DNA of 63,291 nt, filler included, from Choristocarpus tenellus KU-1152 (taxonomy: Eukaryota > Protista > Phaeophyceae), in NCBI GenBank assembly GCA_964200185.2. It is 12 parts of 12 records of this genome, joined end to end, with 100 filler letters (N's around TTAATTAATTAA, not from the genome) between each part and the next. Parts side by side here need not be neighbours in the genome. Positions count along the whole stretch, not along the records: positions 10,482 to 18,516 come from CAXNAD020005245.1; positions 18,617 to 23,950 come from CAXNAD020011114.1; positions 24,051 to 32,582 come from CAXNAD020004613.1; 9 more parts are not named here. The stretch is one strand, 5' to 3'. The notes beneath the pieces were generated by a model. It saw only the letters and a list, made by a program, of their open reading frames with translations. It had not been told where the DNA came from and did no database searches. Below, piece by piece: positions 13,939 to 24,900 of this stretch. The first letter of the stretch is position 1; every line of letters starts with the position of its first letter. The position numbers and the translations under genes are program-made.

Positions 13939-14220
13939 AAGAAAATTTTGCGGAAAAAATGTCCTGTGGATTTTTACCGGTTAGCTGAATTTTTCCCATT
14001 TGGACTTGACAGTTGGTTTCCCCCCCAAAAAATGTAATCCTCCTGGAGGGTGCTCATGCTCGCAATTTTTTCTGCAATTTTCATCCTCAATTGAGGAATT
14101 TTTTCTGTTGGTTGTACATCGTGTGCAGACAGACGGATACAAGTGTCTTTTTCGAGCAAACTGCAAACGATTTCATTGGACGAATTGGTTCGATTTGTGG
14201 GGGAGGTGCAAAAATTTCTG
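13939..14220. mobile_element. Possible MITE-like insertion
   Basis: Imperfect inverted ends AAGAAAATTTTGC / GCAAAAATTTCTG around a non-coding interior. Single copy in the window. Confidence 0.3.
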
Positions 14221-15107
14221 TGGTTCTTATTGAAATGTGTATGTAAGACAGACAGACAGAGAGAGAGAGAGAGAGAGAGAGAGCACAGAAATACAACCAA
14301 GCGACGATTCATGGTCCTCATAAGGGAGGGAAGGTCTCTATTGTCATACCTCTGGTTAATTCATCTAGTGCTCGGGTTGGCATTGAGAGTACTAGGGTGA
14401 GTTCCTGTGCTACTTGAATCACTGTCTTGTTGTTAGCAGCAGCAATATATTTCATGAAGGGGTGCTAACTATCCTGAGAGTAGTCAATGGCAGGTGTTTA
14501 CACGTGCTATCCCCTTTGCAGCAGAAGGGTAAGCTAGGTGGAGCTCTACTACTCCAACTTTGATGTTACCTGTGTATGCATACCCAGTGATATTGGTTGG
14601 GTTTCTGGTGCTCAGGGAGTGCGTTTGCAGATGGGAGGTACACCCCGGACAGCTAAGGCCTCCTGTTTTCGTTTCAGAATTATATCCTCTTTTACATTAC
14701 TTCAATTCCCATCGCTAATTGCTGGAAATGAATGTGTGAGGAATGTAAGATAACACCAAGACTAGACTGGGAGTCCCATTATTGCGCTACAACAATACAT
14801 TGATTTGGCAACATGACAGGAGGAAACAGATCACAAACTGAAACATACAAAAAAAATGTTCTTTAAACTATGTTGTACTCAAGAGTACCGCAGTCATCTG
14901 CTACGATTCTTCAATTCTTGCAAGACGGTACACAGGAGTATTTTGTGGGTGACGTCAAAACGTCGTCCTTGGCAACTCCACCATGTCCAATCGTGCGTGG
15001 TGTGCAGTAGCAAGAGCTCTAACTATACCGCACCGTTACCAAAACACAGTAGCTCAGTTGCCACCCTGATCCATCTGCCGCATTTTAGCCAGCAGTCCAA
15101 ATCTCTG

Positions 15108-18100
15108 TCACAAAATAGGTGCATGAGTGCTGGTTTGCAAGGACCCCCTCCCTGCACTGGTGGAAATTACAGCATTTGTTGTTGCCGGGGCAGCAAGCGA
15201 GATGTGCGGCCCTAGGCGAGCAGCCATAACCCCTTGGTCTGTAGGCACTGCCGCCAACCCATGAAGAGCCCCTACAAGCTCTGACCGAACATCACGGGGC
15301 AGCAAATATGCCTGTCCTAATCGCACCAGCTCAAAAACCCAAGGAAGCACATGCTCCGTGTAGACTCCAGCCGAGATTTCTCGGGACACAAAGGCGAACA
15401 GGCGTGCTTGAGTCTCCATTCCCATGGCCCGATGGAAGGCCCCAGGGCCCACACGCCCCATAAGCCTCAGAATGTCTCGTTCTCCCCCTGAACCCAATAC
15501 GAGCTGGAAGGCCTGTTCTACCTCTCCATGTTGTAGGAGTTGCAGGAGGCCCCACTGGAGGCGATCATGCCTTCGTCCTCTTATGTTGGAGCTGGATGTT
15601 CCCATTCGAGCTCCTTTTCTTGCCCCTTTCCCAAGCCCTACCCCACTTGCAGCATGGGTCTTAATTGGTTGAGAGTCTGACCTTGGCCGCTTAGATTTTT
15701 TCCGCACAGGCTCAGGTGGTGAAGAGCTTGCTGGACGGGTGCTGGCCTAGAGTATTTGAGTACCATATGGGGAATATTCATGGGAGATGTTGGTGGAAAC
15801 ATCAATTTGAGTTAGATAACTATTTTTCATCCTCGGGTATATGCAGAAGCTGCTTTCAAGTACTAGGGCAGAGACTTCAAGTTATTGTGTGTGACAGTTT
15901 GTGCTAGAGCTGTTGGCTTATCACTGCTGTCACTACTCACCCTGTTTCCCTACTACAGAGTAAAAAAAGCAGGTCTTTCCCCTCTTCAGTCCCTGCCCCG
16001 CATCCCTTTCCTATAATACTCTAACTATGTCCATCACCCCAAGCACCATAGGGCATCCACTTTCCTTGGACATGGTGGATTATAGAAATTATCTTATCAA
16101 TTGAAGTCATGTCACAAAAGTTTAGGTGGTGAAAAGAGACTCAAAGATGGACTCACTTGAAGCGTCTTTTCCAAGCCCACCAATCGTTGGTCAAGGCTGC
16201 TAAGGGTGCATGCAATTGTGTCAGTCTTCTCACCAAGCTGCCTCAGCAATCGCACCATGTCCACCTGAGCACTCTGCAACCCTGACGTACTTGCTGGCAC
16301 AATGGCAGCTTCCATTTCTATGGCAGGTTTGAACTGTTCTGGTCCTTTTGGGAGGAGGGTTTCCTGAGACCTAGGATCGGAAGTCTGTGGGATTTCTCTT
16401 GGTTTGAAGTCCAGCATAGGTGGAGCAGACTCATCCCCAGTCCTGCTCACCATTCCAACAAAGGATAAATCATCCTTTCCTTTACTGGTAGACTCCCTCA
16501 AGGTGGCAATGCTTTTTTTATGTTTTTTGTGGCTAAGGTCTACTTCCCCTTGTCCCTTGCTTTGCCCATACCCTCCTTTATCACCCTCCCCACCTGTCCC
16601 CCCCTCCCCCTCCACATTCTCCTCTACCTTTCTATTCCCATCTCCCTCTTCACCCCAGTCCTTGCCCTCTACACCTTTCCTCCCATCAGTTCGCTTGAAC
16701 CCTTCATACTTCCTACCTCTACCCTCAACATTGTCCTCTGACCGGCTCAAGGTTGTATCCCTGCTCCTATCACTCTCATCCAGAGAAAATAAACCACTTT
16801 TTTTCTTTCTGCTCTCTTTGTTGTGTACATCCCCATTCATCCGTGACCTTCCTGCCTTGTAATTTTTGCGCAATGCAGCTATGCTGATCCTTCCATTCCT
16901 GCTTGTTGGCCTAGGTCTTCCCTGGTCAGCATCCTCTCCTCCCTCAGAAACTACAAGCCCCCTTGCTGTCCTTTTTGATTGTCGGGAGTCAACATCTGGC
17001 ACATCAAGTGCATGTAGGGCTTGCTTGGCAGCCTCCCTCACGGTCTTTACAGTATCGTGCCCAGTTGCTGTCACCACTGTCACCAACATCTGTCTGTGCT
17101 TCCCCAGAGGGCCCTCTGACCCCTGCAGCTGCTTAAGGTTAGCCAGGGCTATGATTGTTTGGAGAGATGATAATCTCTCCCTCCATGTGTGCCTTTGCCT
17201 AGCCCCGAGAGTGGTGAAGAGCTGATGAACAATTGCTGGGAGGCCCTTTACCAATGTTAAACTGAGGTCCATGGCAAATTTCTCCTCGTGTGAGATGCAT
17301 ATTAGTGCCATATTGGCTATGCTGTCAAACAGAGACCCTCTGGTGCCTTGCGTCCTTGAGCTATCCAGAGCCTCGAGGACTATTGCTAGAAGTTCTTCAC
17401 TGATAACAGTGAGACGTGCAGCATGTGCGGATGCAGCCTCTGATACCTCTGCAAGGGATTCCTGACCATGGAGTACAATGGAAGTGTGTGTGAGAAGGTG
17501 GGGGCATAGGGGAGGGATAGGGAAATGTATTTGAAGAAAGAAATCAGGCCTAAAGTGACCTGAGTTCGGAAGTCATCTAATCATTGTTCCCCCACACTGT
17601 GTGTGATTTCAGGAGATGGTGGCAGAGTAAATTGTAAATGGGAGAGTGGGAGGTTGGAAGCGCTGAGTGATATGAAAGGTGGGAAAGGCTTAGTGTAGAT
17701 TGGCCGGGGTGTTCATTTCTGTGACCAGTGCTCACATACACAATGCCTGCCTTGCAAGGGTGCTGGCATAGATTATTCTTAGAGTGCAAGCCGATGTTGT
17801 TCAAACGTGAAACAAGTCTAGAGAATGGGTAGCCAACAAAAGGTTGGCACGGTACGCGCAAGTTGGAAGAACTTACAGAGCATCATTCACCACAGCATTG
17901 ATCTATATGAATCAGTCGACTTATCCCTTTCGTACCATTTAATCTATAATGTACCTCTGGAAATGGACATATTTCCCAAGTTGGTGGGAGGTATCCTGCA
18001 GCAGCAGAGATTGCTGCATGGAATTCCTCCGCTGCTGAGGCGTCAGGTAACTCAGCAATGGCCCGCCCACCTGGAATAATGCACACATCCCTTGGGACTA

Positions 18101-18516
18101 CAGTTTCCAGTCCGAGTTGATTAAATGCTTGCCCAATAGAGAGTCGGACGTCGTCCACCCCCCGAACACTGGTCTTTATCTCCACAGGTACAGGTGGGAG
18201 GAGAGGGAGCACTGAAGCTGCAACACATACACCAGCTGACTCGCGCACTGAAGCCCTTTGCTCCTTCACAAGGCCTACCAGTCGCAGCAATTGAACCATG
18301 ACTACATCTGGGGTGCTGTTGCGGAGGGCTGAAAGCATGATCGACCCTGTGCAACCTGCCAAGTCCCCTCGCAAGCTTGCACTCTCTTCGTCATGTATCC
18401 TTTCCATGATATAGCTAATCACATTGCCAACTACCTTGCTCATGGCCTGTGGCCGTTCCCAGCACAACCTCGATAACAACCTCAGTGTGATAAGCCTGAC
18501 AGATACAGGGCTACTC
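15108..18516 (-). CDS. TORTIFOLIA1/SPIRAL2-like HEAT-repeat microtubule-associated protein (5'-truncated)
   Basis: Exons 18516-17955, 17461-16157, possibly 15949-15941, and 15746-15108, all joined in phase 0. HEAT motifs IMERIHDEESASLRGDLA, VRESAGVCVA, WRERLSSLQTIIAL and HDTVKTVREAAKQAL; basic linker; coiled coil SLDQRLVGLEKTL; C-terminal LQHGEVEQAFQLVLGSGGERDILRLMGRVGP...LPWVFEL. Order and motifs match SPR2/TOR1 as recalled. Confidence 0.82.
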
Positions 18517-18616
18517 NNNNNNNNNNNNNNNNNNNNNNNNNNNNNNNNNNNNNNNNNNNNTTAATTAATTAANNNNNNNNNNNNNNNNNNNNNNNNNNNN
18601 NNNNNNNNNNNNNNNN

Positions 18617-18895
18617 GTGCTCACTCCGCTAATAAATAAATCCATACAACTTAAAGCAAAGACTCTATTGGAAGAGTTCTCCTTTGCATAGTAAGGCTAC
18701 CTACGTATTACTAATATCGTCGTATATTATTCGTACATATCAGAACTCAAGAAGCAATCCTCACATTCTACGTCTGTTACAAATGTTCGTATTTCCTGAA
18801 ACATAAGAAGAAAATGTTCGCGCTATTCGCGTGTAACAAACGCGTGCACTTCGTTGAAATACAAGAAGAAATGTTCACGCTATTCGCCTGTAACA
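18617..18895 (+). mobile_element. 3' end of an LTR-like repeat with duplicated terminus
   Basis: AAGAAGAAAATGTTCRCGCTATTCGCSTGTAACA occurs twice (about 18806-18838 and 18863-18895). It matches the terminus of the 23220-23683 element and a copy near 60180-60210. Confidence 0.55.
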
Positions 18896-19049
18896 CAAGA
18901 TCCAAGTATATCTTATTATCGCACCCGTTACTCCACCCTTCATGCATTTGCTAGGATCGATATCATTTAGAGTCATATTCACAACGACAAGTGATAGAAC
19001 CGAAGGTAAATATTGATAATAACCATAACAATGATAATGACAACAACGA

Positions 19050-19915
19050 ATGGATGAACAATGGCAGAACAAGGGAGGGAAAGCTCCTCGCTAGTCCTGG
19101 CCAACCACTGGAGCCAGTGTCAGCAAGAGGCAAATGCATGGGCTTCCATACATACAACCCCTGGAAACAGCTTGCCAGATCCTTCCCATAGAGTTTAGAC
19201 TCACTGTCAGCAGATCCTTAGGGAGAGAGGAGAGCCTACCCAACAGGTGCCCAGTGGCTGGGTGCAGGAGGCAAAATGTGGACACTAGACATGCTCATAC
19301 TTTCCCTAGGGTAGGAGAATAGGAATATCAACACACACCAACGGTGAAGCGTCTAGGACAACTCTGCAAGGGAATGGGTATCCCTTGCACCATGGAGGAC
19401 GGTAGCCCATCTACAGTGGACCGAAATCTCTGCATGGATCTGGTCTTCCGTGCTGGGGCACTTGTGGACGCCAGATCAGCTAAGACCTCTTGCTAGATGC
19501 AACGTTTGCAGAAGTGTGGGCAGCATCCCATCTGCCACACCCATCCACCAGTAATGGTGTAGGTGCTGCTGCAGCTGAGGTGCGAAAGCGCACACACCCA
19601 CTACAAGGGTTTTTTGACCCTCATAGTTATAACCTCAACACCTTCGTGGTGGAAGGTTTTGGGCGGCTCAGTAAGTAAGGGGAAAGGTTTCTGGATGAGT
19701 CGACTACGCATGCAGTAGGAGGTAGAGGACCGGAGGCTGCAGCAGGGAAGGAGCTATCAAATCCCGTTCATGACAGACGGTTTTTTGTCACAACACGAGT
19801 GGCTCTATCAAGACGTGTCATGCGTTTTAAGTTGGTGATACGAGGGAAATGGGCAAGGTGGGGCCTGTCAGATTATTGGGATGCTTCCCTTGCTCTTTGC
19901 CCTGTGGTGTAGGGC
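19050..19915 (+). mobile_element. Degenerate non-LTR retrotransposon 3' end (CRE/R2-type restriction-like endonuclease region)
   Basis: Cys/His knuckle remnant (CPVAGC...HAH), GIPCTMED, MDLVF, LLDATF, AAAAEVRKRTH, FVVEGFGRL, with stops and frameshifts. A homologous copy lies at 24200-24780. Confidence 0.7.
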
Positions 19916-20169
19916 TAAGCTAGGTTGGAGGCATAGGAGGGGAGCGATGTAGCATAGCTGATAGTCAAATAGTAAATTGATTACAGAAAAAATATTAACA
20001 TTATGACAACTGATACTTATACAGGAGTTCTTATGATATTGAATTGACTTTTCATTGGCTTTTCATCTGATACCTCTGCAAAATTTCAGAGGGCATAATA
20101 ATCTAATAATATCAATGGTTGAAAGAATCACTATGTTAATTTCAATTATTGTTAGTATCATTCTTTGAA

Positions 20170-20170
<1 letters not shown>

Positions 20171-20224
<54 letters not shown>
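20171..20224. repeat. Compound (TA)n(TG)n microsatellite
   Basis: Directly visible. Confidence 0.9.
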
Positions 20225-20228
<4 letters not shown>

Positions 20229-21167
20229 GATATAGTCCTGAACATATGCTTACAGTACTGGTGGTACTAACTATACCATTTAATTAGGTTCTCCACTATT
20301 TACGTTTTGTCTCCCTTACTGTTGCTCTTCTTACTAATTTCCATTGTCTATATCTCTGTTCCTTGTTTCGTGCGAGTGTGTGTGTCGTGGTCGTTGCTTC
20401 CACTTCTTCTGTGTGCTAGTCGCCTTCTTCTTTTTCGCTTATTACTACTCTCTAGATGCTATTGAAGTGCTAATATTGTGTTGGTGGTTGTACCACGATT
20501 TGTGCGTGTGTTCTTAATACTGAAGAAAGAAATGTAGAATCGGCAGATCACAAATGCGAGTGACTGCAATCGAACAGAATCGTTTAAGGTTGTGGAACGT
20601 TTGAGTGGATTCAAATTATAGTCGAGTCATGCGATGCTGAGGTTGTGACGTATAGCATCGATTCTGAAAGTTCAACTTCTGTCCCTGTAAATATTGTTGA
20701 CGTGACGCAAATGGCCTGGCCGATGTGGCATAGTCATAGAGGGCACATGTTGATTGTGATGGTGAATAGTATATGTTGGAAGTCCAACACAAGACGCATG
20801 AATAATTTGTTCAAGTTAACCTGTCAAGCAAGCAGGGAAGACCTTCATGTGAAGTTGAAGCTGTTACCAAGGATAGGGGAGGATACCAGCTTGAAGCAAA
20901 TCCACTCGTGTTCTTGTTGCTATTCCTTGTTGTCATTTACTGTACATAATTCCAAGTATTTTTATGCATTACTGTTATCTGCATGTATCATGCGTGTTTG
21001 TTATTGTCATGACTTTGCCTTTGATCTTCTAGTCCTCCTACAGCAAACACTACTACTACTCCTACTACAATAAATACTACTAGTGCTACTGCTAGTGCTA
21101 CTGTCCTTCATACAGAAAAATGAAAAGAAAAGTATTGTATTTGTGTTTGTTGTATGTGCAGACGTTT

Positions 21168-21426
21168 GAGCCAGAGTAGGCTAGAGGTACTCAGGTTTTG
21201 ACCGATGCATTTTAAGCCACTTTTTTATTTTCTTGGAAGGCAGCCATAATTCTATGGATAAAACGCTATGTTTCACTCGAGAGTGTTGATTTCTGTATTG
21301 TTTTTGACACTGTTCAACAGAATTCGGAAAATATCCTATACGCATTTGTAAGAAAAGTCGAATTTTGCACATATTTGTCAGCGTCCTCAAATTGCAGCTG
21401 TGGCTACCTCTCCTTTACCTTAACGC
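21168..21426 (+). mobile_element. MITE family C
   Basis: Starts GAGCCAGAGTAGGCTAGAGGTA and ends TACCTCTCCTTTACCTTAACGC, flanked by TTT/TTT. Colinear with the copies at 24901 and 49425. Confidence 0.75.
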
Positions 21427-22422
21427 TTTGATGTTTCTATGTGTATTGTTCTCTGTAAATGCATAATACTTAATGCGTACGTCGTACATCATTTATGGAC
21501 AAAAATACAAGCATGGAGAATTGTTGCTTTGACAATGTAAGTCATAGCAAATAAATGAATGGCTTCCTCAAATTTATTCACTGTTAACACAAAACAATAA
21601 CAGCAACAACAGCAGAGTAACGACTTCTTTCGCTCATTTGTATATAATTCTCATTACTACTATTTTTACCCTGATGACGATTGATTGTAAATCAGATGAT
21701 ATATATATATATATATATATATATTCATCATGTCTATGATGACAACAGGAATGGAGTAGTACTACACAAAAATAAAAAGTAAAATTAGTAGTTGGAGTAT
21801 GTAGTAGGAGTAGGAATATATGCATCTACTCAAACAGAGTATATGCCATGTATGCAACAACAAGCAACAAAAAAATATCAAGAACTAGTTCAAGACTATT
21901 ACATGCACTGATGTGCGATAGGGCACCTTTACTCCAAAGGCGCACATTTGAGGTATTTTCCCTTTGTGACATATACCTCAGAGTCTGTTCCTCCATCATG
22001 AAAGCTACATATAGACAGAACTGCAGTTTATATTGTGGAGACATCAACATCGGGACAGAATATAGGAGAGTGTAATCCCTACACTTTGTCCCAGACTCAC
22101 TCCTCACTTCCGAGTGCCTTTTCCCTTGCATGATTACCTCCCTTATTGACTCTCTCCTTCTCCTCCAAACCTCCCATGGGTTTTACTGTTCCCTTTATTC
22201 TGAAGCGTCTGTCTGCTGAGCAATCTCACCAGTCATTGATCCGCCTCCTCCATCGAGTCTTGTGCTGGAATTACTCGAAGTTCCCAATTTAACCATTGTC
22301 TGGCGTTTATGTGTTACAGCGATGAACACGAGGTACAAACAGCATAGTACAGGTGAGTGCATTACATATTGTGCTTGTGCAGTGGATTTGAATATTCAAA
22401 ACAGATTCCGTGCGAAGAAGTC

Positions 22423-22493
22423 TGATGTAGTAGGGATTCAAACCGCGATATTAATGAAGTGAATAGGCTCGTTAACCGCTGAGCCACAAGGAC
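22423..22493 (-). other. tRNA-like / SINE-head sequence with Pol III A and B boxes
   Basis: Minus strand GTCCTTGTGGCTCAGCGGTTAACGAGC...GCGGTTTGAATCCC: A box TGGCTCAGCGG, B box GGTTTGAATCC. Acceptor and anticodon stems do not pair, so it is not a functional tRNA. Confidence 0.55.
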
Positions 22494-23219
22494 GTTCTTC
22501 CCGTGTGAGTAATTTATTTCAATTACCAGGCCCACCTATGGAAAAAGGGAAAAATCTCTATGAAAAAACCTCCCTTGTCTAAGAGGTTCGGACCCTGGAT
22601 TTTGATGAAGGGAGCATAAAGTAATACATATAACCATTTTCACTATTGTGAAAACGGGAGAAGTGACGATGTGAAAGGGAAACCTTATGAAGTAATCTGA
22701 GTGAAGAATCCTGGTGGTAATGTGGTACAGTGGAGGGAGAGGTGAGTAAGGAAAAAGAAACAGTAGGCAAGGGGTGAACGAAGAGTTTAAAGTACTGAGT
22801 GATTAGGAGGCAGAAGAGGCAGGAGAGAAGTTAAAGAAGTGGTTGGTAGGTTGAGGCACAAGGTGAGAGGGAATGGTCAGTATGTAAAGAAAACCGAGTG
22901 CTGGTGGTACAAGACGAGGAGGGGCTAGAACAAGACAACCTCCGAGCAAGCTTTCCCGCCCACCCACCCTGTCGCTTGCTCACGACCGACTGGGATGCTG
23001 GGTAAAGGGAGGGGAGGTCAAGTTCAGGCGGGGTAGAGATGTCTTCTAGTTCAAAGGCCCAGTATGAAGTGGATGATGAAGGGGTGTTCTTTGATGATTG
23101 TGGAGTGGGGTTGAGTGGTGTTAGGTTGAGTGGAGTGGTAACTGGTGTGGAGTTGAGGGGAGTGGTAAGTGGTGTGGGGTTGACTGGGGTTGAAGGGGTG
23201 GGGTGGTGACTGGAAATCA

Positions 23220-23683
23220 TGTCACAGCGTGCCCCAGAGCTCACCTCCACAGGATATGCAACCCAAATCCAATGACCGTAAAACGACGCTAAACGGGGGT
23301 TCACAGATGATGACCATGTATTGTGTCAGTCGATGCTTAGCTCAGTCTATGTCTCACTTTTCGCTTTATCAAAAGAGGTTAAGGATCAAAGAACTGAGTC
23401 GTGTGGTCAACAAGTCAGCCTTTTATTAACGTCATTCACCGTTTTCCCACAGCCAAAGAGTTAAATGAGGTCTGCAAACTGCTGCGTAAATATTCCAATC
23501 ATAAATCTTTATTCTGCAACTTTCAGGAATTGACGTCTATCCTGTAAGGTTATGTATGCATTTCGAATCTTGCTCTGTATCTTCTGTTCATTCAAAGTTC
23601 CTCTTATATGAATTCTTACGCATGCATACTGTTCGCGCATTTTGGCACGGAGAAGGAAATACTCGCGCTATTCGCCTCTAACA
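23220..23683 (+). mobile_element. Solo-LTR-like insertion, 464 bp
   Basis: TGTCACAG...CTCTAACA termini (TG...CA) with an ATCA duplication at 23216-23219 and 23684-23687. It splits a GACTGGAAATCAGTGG repeat unit. Confidence 0.75.
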
Positions 23684-23885
23684 ATCAGTGGCGAAGGTCG
23701 CACTGGTTGCTCATCAGATGTGGGGGATGACTGGAAATCAGTGGCAAAGGGGGTTCACACTGGTTGGTCATCGAAGGTGGGCGGTGGCTGGAAATCAATT
23801 GCGAAAGGGGTTCGCATTGGTTGGTCGTCGCAGGGGGGTGAGGTGACTGGAAATCAGTGGCGAAGGGGTTCGCACTAGTTGATTG
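23684..23885 (+). repeat. About 55-60-bp minisatellite, about 3.5 copies
   Basis: Recurring GACTGGAAATCAGTGGCRAAGGGGTTCRCACTGGTTGGTCRTC. Confidence 0.8.
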
Positions 23886-23916
23886 CAAGTGGTGGTACAA
23901 TGGCGAGGAGGGGAAT

Positions 23917-23950
23917 AACCCAAAGTATCTGGGGGGGGGTCTACACCAGG
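23917..23950 (+). mobile_element. MITE family B terminus at contig end
   Basis: AACCCAAAGTATCTGGGGGGGGGTCTACACCAGG, the same end as in the 59737 copy and the reverse complement of the right end of the 50972-51155 copy. Confidence 0.7.
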
Positions 23951-24199
23951 NNNNNNNNNNNNNNNNNNNNNNNNNNNNNNNNNNNNNNNNNNNNTTAATT
24001 AATTAANNNNNNNNNNNNNNNNNNNNNNNNNNNNNNNNNNNNNNNNNNNNCCGAATGGGCAAGCTGGGCAAAACACTCCCCGTTTTTTTTTGTTTAACTG
24101 CTTTGTTTTCGTTCACGGACAGGTCTGGGATCTCTCACAGACCAAATTGTAATAATATCTACAAATATAAGAATGTTACATAGATCAGCGATTAACAAT

Positions 24200-24780
24200 T
24201 AACATATGCCCCAGGGCTGGTGGTGGCCAAGTATGGCACAGTATTCACACATGGTCCGGCAACTGGGCAATATCTAAAGGCAAATGGGTGTCCCCTGGAC
24301 CTTAAAGGACGGCTGCCCCTCCCTTCCAGATCATTTGCAATTTCCATACGGATGCGATTTTCAATCCAGAGTGTCTCTCCAATGCAGATACTGACCCTTG
24401 CAGGGAAAAGAGATTACTCCTGGATGTGGCCTTTGCTGAAGTGCAAGAAGACTGCCACTTCCTTAGTTCATCAAAACAGCAAAGGTGTAACCGGTGCTGT
24501 AGCTGAGGTCCAAAAGCGTCACCACTGCAAGAGATCTTTGACTCTCGTCGTAGTCTTAACCTGAACATCTTCGTGGTAGCAAGCTTTGGGCATCTTGGCA
24601 CACAGGCAGAACAATTTTTGGGATGAGGTAGCAACTTACGTTTCAGGCAGTAGGGGTACAGCGGAAGGTTTCCAATTAGAAAGGGAGGAAAAAAAACACG
24701 ATTAAGACAGATTGTATCAGGTTACTGCTCAACTGGCAATGTCGAGAAAATACTCCAGGTTGATGAGGTAGGATAGGCTT
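24200..24780 (+). mobile_element. Second degenerate CRE/R2-type LINE 3' fragment
   Basis: GVTGAVAEVQKRHH...NLNIFVVASFGHLG; aligns at DNA level with 19545-19720. Confidence 0.65.
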
Positions 24781-24900
24781 TGCGGATTTGTGGGATTTTT
24801 TCCTTACTTCTCGTCCACCTTGATAGAGTCATAATTTTAGAAGTTGATGTTCGTTGTTTAAACTTGTCTTTTGTTTTATATACACCTACAACCGTGGTTT

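Noticed and set aside
16404-17465. Plus-strand ORFs of 64-152 aa
   Set aside because: Antisense shadows of the long SPR2-like exon.
23684-23885. Repeat array resembling CRISPR
   Set aside because: The whole unit is repeated with divergence, there are no unique spacers or cas genes, and the context is eukaryotic.
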